Shown one piece after another: positions 59,564 through 64,000 of a stretch of DNA of 64,000 nt (the first letter of the stretch is position 1; every line of letters starts with the position of its first letter). The position numbers and the translations under genes are program-made. The DNA comes from a virus. The stretch lies in IMG/VR virus record IMGVR_UViG_3300013137_000011, positions 1 to 64,000 of that record; one strand, written 5' to 3'. Below the pieces are notes generated by a model, which worked only from the letters and a program-made list of their open reading frames with translations, did no database searches and was not told where the DNA came from.

Positions 59564-59587
59564 AATATCCTCCTAGTTTTTTATTAC

Positions 59588-59618
59588 GACGAGGGTTTGA
59601 AATTATCTCGCCCTCGTC
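59588..59618 (-). promoter_or_regulatory. conserved late-operon hairpin (GAGATAA..TCAAA)
   Basis: GACGAGGG/CCCTCGTC stem enclosing the shared motif. Confidence 0.55.
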
Positions 59619-59631
59619 ACAGATTCCATAC

Positions 59632-60426
59632 TTACAGAGCAGACTGGACCGCAGTACCGATGATAACAGTAGAACCAATATCAAGTCCGTGGAAAATCAC
59701 ACAGCCCTTTGCTCCAATGGCCTCTGCATCATCATAAGGCAGGAACTCGTAAGAAGGATCTGCGGTAACACCGTCATCTCCCTCTCTATCGGTGATGTCG
59801 ATATAATCAGTTCCTGCACCCTTATATCTAACATAAGCAATCGCAGAAGATTCATAAGTGCTACTAAACTGACTATCAGCACCGGCATGTGCCGTGCTAG
59901 AAGTAGTTCCAGCAGTATGATAAACCTTTCCTGCGAAAGTTCTTACTTCATCACATCTACCAGAAATCGTAAGCATAGTGGCGGCGCCAGTAGAATTAGT
60001 ATTGCCCTTATTATCCGCTTTACAATTTCTAAGATACTCAGTAGTAATAACCTTAGCAGTTCCTCTGCGAAGTTCAGATTCCGAAGCCTCTGGATGGCAG
60101 TACTCCTGTTGAAAATCAACGGGAAAACTATTAGCGATATTGAAATAGTTGTTAGCACTACTCGAAATATTGCCCCATCTCTGAAGATCGGCAAGATCCG
60201 TGAGTCTAAAATTACCACTCCAATTATATGAATTTCCCTGAGTCAGATACTTGGTTTTGAGAGATCCCTGCTCGGGACAATCAATCGAAGAACCTGCTTC
60301 ATTATTAGTAAGACTCTCTTTATGATAGAGTCTCTTAGTGGTTCCAGAATTAGGATCGACCGCCTTAGTGATGATATGGCTACCACCAATTCCAGGTACA
60401 TCGGTAAACTCGTTAGTTGCGCCCAT
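59632..60426 (-). CDS. major tail (tube) protein
   Basis: Synteny before the chaperone; GC-richer codons; small-residue-rich. Confidence 0.7.
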   Translation of the reverse strand: MGATNEFTDVPGIGGSHIITKAVDPNSGTTKRLYHKESLTNNEAGSSIDCPEQGSLKTKYLTQGNSYNWSGNFRLTDLADLQRWGNISSSANNYFNIANSFPVDFQQEYCHPEASESELRRGTAKVITTEYLRNCKADNKGNTNSTGAATMLTISGRCDEVRTFAGKVYHTAGTTSSTAHAGADSQFSSTYESSAIAYVRYKGAGTDYIDITDREGDDGVTADPSYEFLPYDDAEAIGAKGCVIFHGLDIGSTVIIGTAVQSAL

Positions 60427-60440
60427 TTATTTCCCTCCTT

Positions 60441-61145
60441 TCATTCGATATCATCAGGCAGTTTAACTTTTATAACCGCCGAACCTTCCATCCCATTTGC
60501 GAACCTTCCTGAATCTTCAATTCTATCTATTTTGACTCTACCAACTGTGATTATTCCGCTCGTAGAAATGGCAGGAGAGACTGAATAATCCTTTAGTTTG
60601 ATGTTAGAAGAAAGTGCTGATTTCAATTCTTCCTTGATTCCATCTCTTTGTGAGACATCGAAACTTCCATTCTTCCTAACATCTGCATAAAAACCAATCG
60701 ATAGAATCTTTGTATCCTCTACAGTACTTTTTCCCTGATCATACTCCTGATCTATTTCAGAATCTATTTCAAACCACACCGCAGGCGTGGAAACTTGCTC
60801 TTTGTCTATTTGATTAAATGTTTCTTGCCACGATAACATCAATACTGGTTTATATTGATATTCAATTTCTACATTTTGACTAGAATTTGATGCATTAAAT
60901 TGTAAGTTTGTGCTATTACCTTTTCCACCATAATTTATTACTGTATATTGATTGACCTGTGGATTTGAACTTACTCTTGTAAATCCATCTATATTATCAC
61001 TTCCAGAAATTACTCTATTCTTTAATAATGTTTTGGAAGTACTTATGCTAAATGGATTTTCAGAATAATTTCTAGTAGATAAGTATAAATCAATGTGATC
61101 ATAAATGGATCTTATTATATTATCTGCGTGTTGTTGTCTATTCAT
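60441..61145 (-). CDS. tail terminator/completion protein
   Basis: Synteny; TPAVWFE pattern; two ISTS motifs. Confidence 0.55.
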   Translation of the reverse strand: MNRQQHADNIIRSIYDHIDLYLSTRNYSENPFSISTSKTLLKNRVISGSDNIDGFTRVSSNPQVNQYTVINYGGKGNSTNLQFNASNSSQNVEIEYQYKPVLMLSWQETFNQIDKEQVSTPAVWFEIDSEIDQEYDQGKSTVEDTKILSIGFYADVRKNGSFDVSQRDGIKEELKSALSSNIKLKDYSVSPAISTSGIITVGRVKIDRIEDSGRFANGMEGSAVIKVKLPDDIE

Positions 61146-61873
61146 CTTCTTCTTATGATTGGAGTCAATCCCTGTTCAATTCCGCTTATTTGGAAGGCTG
61201 TCCTTGTATTTGCAAGATTATTTAAATCTCTCATTACTAATTCAGAAAATCTTCTAGTCAACGCTTCTGCTGATTCCATTATTCTTGTAACTACTTTTCT
61301 ATTTTTCCGCTCTCTTACTTTAAAATTTGTTCCAGTAGAAAATCTTATTCTGGTTTTACTTTCTGCTCCACCGTCACGAATCCTTTTGTATTCATATTTA
61401 CTTCCGGTTGGTTTTCCATTTATTACATGTCTTCTTATTTCTACTGTTTTATCTTGTTCGTCAAATTTCTTTTCAAAAAATATTATATTTCCTGCACTTA
61501 ATGGTTTCCTTCCCCTCTCCATAGCCTTCCAATAATCTATTGGTCTTTTTATGTATGTTTCAGAATGTTTTCCTTTACTGTATGTTACACTTTCTGAATA
61601 TTCTGGATCTATGAAAACATTCATAGACATTCCAGAAACTCTTCCAGACGATCTTATTTCTCTTGTTGGTTCCCCTACTTTTATCGATCTTGCAAGTATT
61701 CCGTAATGATATCCAGGTCCATCAGGTTTTAATATCGAATCTATTTTCTCTCTTATTTCAGTTGCTAGTGTTTTAAATCTATTAGTTAGTACATTCTGTA
61801 AATCTCTAGGAAATCTACCTAGTGTACTTGTTATCTCTTCAAGACTTATCTGAATTGATATTTTCGGAATCAT
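61142..61873 (-). CDS. neck/tail-completion protein (gp10-like)
   Basis: GILARSI...YWKAMERGRKP; basic; synteny. Confidence 0.5.
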   Translation of the reverse strand: MIPKISIQISLEEITSTLGRFPRDLQNVLTNRFKTLATEIREKIDSILKPDGPGYHYGILARSIKVGEPTREIRSSGRVSGMSMNVFIDPEYSESVTYSKGKHSETYIKRPIDYWKAMERGRKPLSAGNIIFFEKKFDEQDKTVEIRRHVINGKPTGSKYEYKRIRDGGAESKTRIRFSTGTNFKVRERKNRKVVTRIMESAEALTRRFSELVMRDLNNLANTRTAFQISGIEQGLTPIIRRR

Positions 61874-62354
61874 GTTCTTTCAATTCTCTTTGCATTTTAG
61901 GAGTAAGAAAGAGTATTAAAGACTTTTTAACAACAATTCCTACTGTTGTTAGAAGACAACTAAAATCTCTCCAAAGATCATTAGTCGAATCAAGAAACTT
62001 ATCTCTAATAGATTTCTTTTCTTCTATTGTAATAAACCAACCCTTATCACTTGAATTACTACCAACAGGAACACCATCCCTATTAGATTTAAGAACACTA
62101 TCAAGAAAGTTAAGAAAATACTTTTGCGTTCTTACCTTAATCCAAGTTTCAACATTATTATTAAGTTCTTCGTCAATTTCACCATCTTTTGCAATAAAAC
62201 TATCAGTCATTCCGTTTTTTACAATTTTCTTTTGTGTTGAGATTATTTTGCCATCTTTCCAAAAAGTCAATATCTGAATAGTTTTTTCCCAAATATTATC
62301 ATACTCTTTCATATTAATTAGTTGACCTTTCTTTAATATTAAACAAAGCAGCAA
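61839..62354 (-). CDS. hypothetical virion-module protein
   Basis: ORF in the head-tail region. Confidence 0.5.
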   Translation of the reverse strand: MLLCLILKKGQLINMKEYDNIWEKTIQILTFWKDGKIISTQKKIVKNGMTDSFIAKDGEIDEELNNNVETWIKVRTQKYFLNFLDSVLKSNRDGVPVGSNSSDKGWFITIEEKKSIRDKFLDSTNDLWRDFSCLLTTVGIVVKKSLILFLTPKMQRELKEHDSENINSDKS

Positions 62355-62769
62355 ATAAATATGGATCGTTATCTCCTACATTAAAACCTGGTTGAATTTT
62401 ATGAAGTATATATCTTTCATCATTATAGATCAATTCTGTGGTATTTTTAAAGTCTTCAAAATCATCGTATTTACCAACTATTAACAAATCTCCTTCAAGT
62501 TTTAATCCAAGTCTGGTGAATATCTTTTCTTCAAATGGATTTGTTACTGTATTTCTGCTTAATGATGCTACATATCTTGCAAGTACACGTTTTGATTTTA
62601 GGGTTTCTGTTTCAGAGAATCCACTATTAAATGGATTTGAGTCTTGAACAGTATCTGTAGTTCTAGTAGAAACTAATATCGAAACGTCTTGACCATCACC
62701 CAACTTTCTTATGAAAGTAGATTTTATTCCTTTATGTACCTGCGAAGTTATAAATCCTCTTGTTATCAT
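62314..62769 (-). CDS. head closure/stopper-like protein
   Basis: G....GDL, ELIYNDERY.L pattern; synteny. Confidence 0.5.
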   Translation of the reverse strand: MITRGFITSQVHKGIKSTFIRKLGDGQDVSILVSTRTTDTVQDSNPFNSGFSETETLKSKRVLARYVASLSRNTVTNPFEEKIFTRLGLKLEGDLLIVGKYDDFEDFKNTTELIYNDERYILHKIQPGFNVGDNDPYLFAALFNIKERSTN

Positions 62770-62776
62770 TTTATCC

Positions 62777-63235
62777 TCAGTACTTGGTATCTAATCCAAT
62801 CGACCCAAGACTAGGTTTATCATAAACATCGTGAATACTTGCCATATGATCTGCCAAATCACTCTCAAGTTCCCTAATAATTTCTTTTCTATTCTTAGCA
62901 AGATCACGAGTATCTATAGTTCCAGAAATATCTTGATTATATACGCTATTATTCTGATCTTCAAAACGCTGAGATTTAGATATAGCCATTTGAGTTGCTA
63001 TAGATAAAGTTTGCAAATAATTATCGATATTTATATCTCCAGAAACTTCTACATTGAATCCACTATCTTCACTAACATACCATCCTTCACATGTTTCTGG
63101 ATATAAATCTCTTAAAATTCTGACACCCTGGAAAATCTTATTTCCAAGAAATGAAGCACTATAAGTATAAGGTTCAGTAGTATCTGCTATATCCTCTCTT
63201 ACTCTAGTGACAATATCAGAATAACTAATCGCCAT
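62777..63235 (-). CDS. head-tail adaptor-like protein
   Basis: IVTRVREDIADT..PYTYS N-terminus; synteny. Confidence 0.55.
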   Translation of the reverse strand: MAISYSDIVTRVREDIADTTEPYTYSASFLGNKIFQGVRILRDLYPETCEGWYVSEDSGFNVEVSGDINIDNYLQTLSIATQMAISKSQRFEDQNNSVYNQDISGTIDTRDLAKNRKEIIRELESDLADHMASIHDVYDKPSLGSIGLDTKY

Positions 63236-63702
63236 TACTTGCCTGCCCTATTCTTTCCAATCTTAGCCATTCTATCGTACTCTGCCTTAACAGCAAGTCT
63301 CGCATTTTGATTAGCAGGAATAACTTTATAATCTCTAATAAGTTCATTCTTGAGAAACTTTCTTCTTTGAATACTATCCATTTGTCCTCTTCTAATCAGA
63401 TCAACAAGATCAAAACTTTCTCCTGCCTCAATCATTTCCTTGTGAAGTCCAGAAAGATTAAGTTTAGCATCTCCAAACTTAATCTTAGTTGCTTTAGGAT
63501 TTTGCTGGATACCTCCACACCATACAAAAAGTTCACTAGTATCATCAACTGTTACGGTGTGTTCAAGTTTCTGTGCGGCAAGTTCAATGGAGAGCGGAGC
63601 GTCAATTATTTTTTGTGCAGTAGCCATTTTATTATTCCTTCCTTCTTCTAAATAATTATTATCTAAGTCCTCTAGAATATCCTCGAACTCTTCTATATCC
63701 AC
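63235..63702 (-). CDS. hypothetical protein after the capsid gene (start possibly MATAQK at 63627)
   Basis: ORF; SD-like GGAAGG before the internal ATG. Confidence 0.55.
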   Translation of the reverse strand: MDIEEFEDILEDLDNNYLEEGRNNKMATAQKIIDAPLSIELAAQKLEHTVTVDDTSELFVWCGGIQQNPKATKIKFGDAKLNLSGLHKEMIEAGESFDLVDLIRRGQMDSIQRRKFLKNELIRDYKVIPANQNARLAVKAEYDRMAKIGKNRAGK

Positions 63703-63792
63703 GATTAAAACTTGTTCTCCTTCTATGATTAGAAACTAGATTTGCTTTTCTATTTGAAGATTTTTTTAGAGACAATCTTTTTTTCATAGTTG

Positions 63793-63823
63793 TGCGGGAT
63801 TTTTGTGTTGGAGAAACCCCGCA
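63793..63823 (-). terminator. hairpin after the capsid gene
   Basis: Minus strand TGCGGGGTTT/AAATCCCGCA stem; no clear U tract. Confidence 0.45.
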
Positions 63824-63835
63824 AAACCATAAGAC

Positions 63836-64000
63836 TTAACCTGATGCGTTGATCTTGTATCTGAAGAGAGTCTTGTCGGCAGCAACGATGCCAAGACTAA
63901 CCTTCATCACAAAATGCCATCCACGCAGAAGTTCTCTCATATCCTCCCAATCATAAACACTAATTCCGCCCTTCTGAGCGAACTTAATGCCTCCAATTTG
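63836..64000 (-). CDS. 3' end of the probable major capsid protein (partial)
   Basis: Open frame QIGGIKFAQKGGISVYDWEDMRELLRGWHFVMKVSLGIVAADKTLFRYKINASG*; GC-richer codons; synteny. Confidence 0.6.
   Translation of the reverse strand, partial: QIGGIKFAQKGGISVYDWEDMRELLRGWHFVMKVSLGIVAADKTLFRYKINASG

Noticed and set aside
1-64000. Stop-codon reassignment
   Set aside because: Long genes are intact in the standard code, TAA, TAG and TGA all end genes at sensible boundaries, and no suppressor tRNA is present.

Overview
This is a 64-kb, AT-rich segment of a large tailed dsDNA phage with a long tail (siphovirus-like, 2446-aa tape measure), read in the standard genetic code. It has two convergent arms. 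The + arm (1-36.8 kb) is an early/replication region: SNF2 helicase, PcfJ-like protein, tRNA-Gln and tRNA-Leu, MoxR-VWA pair, RuvB, RuvC, Rad52-like annealase, SpoVG-like protein, AEP primase-helicase, Cas4-like nuclease, two DNA methyltransferases, sliding clamp, ThyX, many small Cys-rich ORFs and a polysaccharide pyruvyltransferase. The - arm (64-37 kb) is the virion module: capsid 3' end, neck, tail tube, frameshifting tail chaperone, tape measure, tail tip, fibres and holin. The best candidate for a new system is virion-protein glycosylation. A GT9-methyltransferase fusion, a GT2 and a SAM methyltransferase are interleaved with tail-tip/fibre genes. Proteins of the virion arm carry a recurrent [V/I/F]-S-T-S-[G/S/A] peptide motif (18 copies), encoded by varied codons, which may be the modification sequon. 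The window also holds several unannotated structured RNA candidates: twin G-rich-loop RNAs beside the tRNAs, a promoter-driven CCUCC-rich sRNA, a four-way junction before the primase, a 143-nt structured element, and a three-copy hairpin motif in the late operon. All calls were made by eye from motifs; no searches were run.
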